A DNA stretch of 64,000 nt. It comes from Callorhinchus milii. Taxonomy: Eukaryota. The position numbers were made by a program, and so were the translations under genes. This document shows, in pieces, positions 63,892-64,000 of the stretch. The notes under the pieces are model-generated. The model saw only the letters and a program-made list of their open reading frames with translations, was not told where the DNA came from and made no database searches. How positions within the stretch are numbered: position 1 is the first letter of the stretch; every line of letters starts with the position of its first letter. The DNA is taken from assembly GCF_018977255.1 (NCBI RefSeq), contig NW_024704755.1:12524001-12588000 (forward strand). Reading direction: 5' to 3'.

Positions 63892-64000
63892 ATGGGGTCC
63901 TTCAACGAGCTCTACTTTAACGTGGACAACGGCTACCTGGAGGGGCTGGTGAGAGGTTTCAAAGCCGGTATCCTGTCCCAGGGGGACTATCTGAACCTGG
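63892..64000 (+). CDS. ATP6V0D1: V-type proton ATPase subunit d1, first coding exon (runs off window)
   Basis: [36 protein letters not shown] matches the conserved V0 d N-terminus; the AGRP neighbourhood indicates d1. Confidence 0.93.
   Translation, partial: MGSFNELYFNVDNGYLEGLVRGFKAGILSQGDYLNL

Noticed and set aside
63539-63952. GC-rich ORFs on both strands upstream of ATP6V0D1
   Set aside because: By-product of a stop-poor CpG island; the real frame starts at 63892.

Overview
Vertebrate genomic DNA, most likely a cartilaginous fish (inferred from Deu-domain SINEs, CR1/L2 fragments and protein sequences; the species cannot be established here). About 3.7-50.9 kb is a minus-strand tandem array of 7-exon chymotrypsinogen genes: one divergent CTRL-like gene, a 5'-deleted and frameshifted pseudogene copy of it, and five intact CTRB-like genes. 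Beyond it lie a complete 3-coding-exon AGRP gene (minus strand) and, head-to-head with it, the CpG-rich promoter and first coding exon of ATP6V0D1 (plus strand). Introns and spacers are full of tRNA-derived SINEs, L2/CR1 fragments, a hAT-like MITE and an unclassified repeat. The most interesting signals are in the protease array: joint loss of the Cys1-Cys122 tether plus a new Cys next to catalytic Asp102 in the CTRL-like gene, a new Cys74/Cys153 pair in two paralogs, a remodelled 99-loop in another, an apparent 6-nt shift of intron 1, and exons that diverge more than adjacent introns. All exon boundaries were read by eye and checked for frame; repeat boundaries are approximate.
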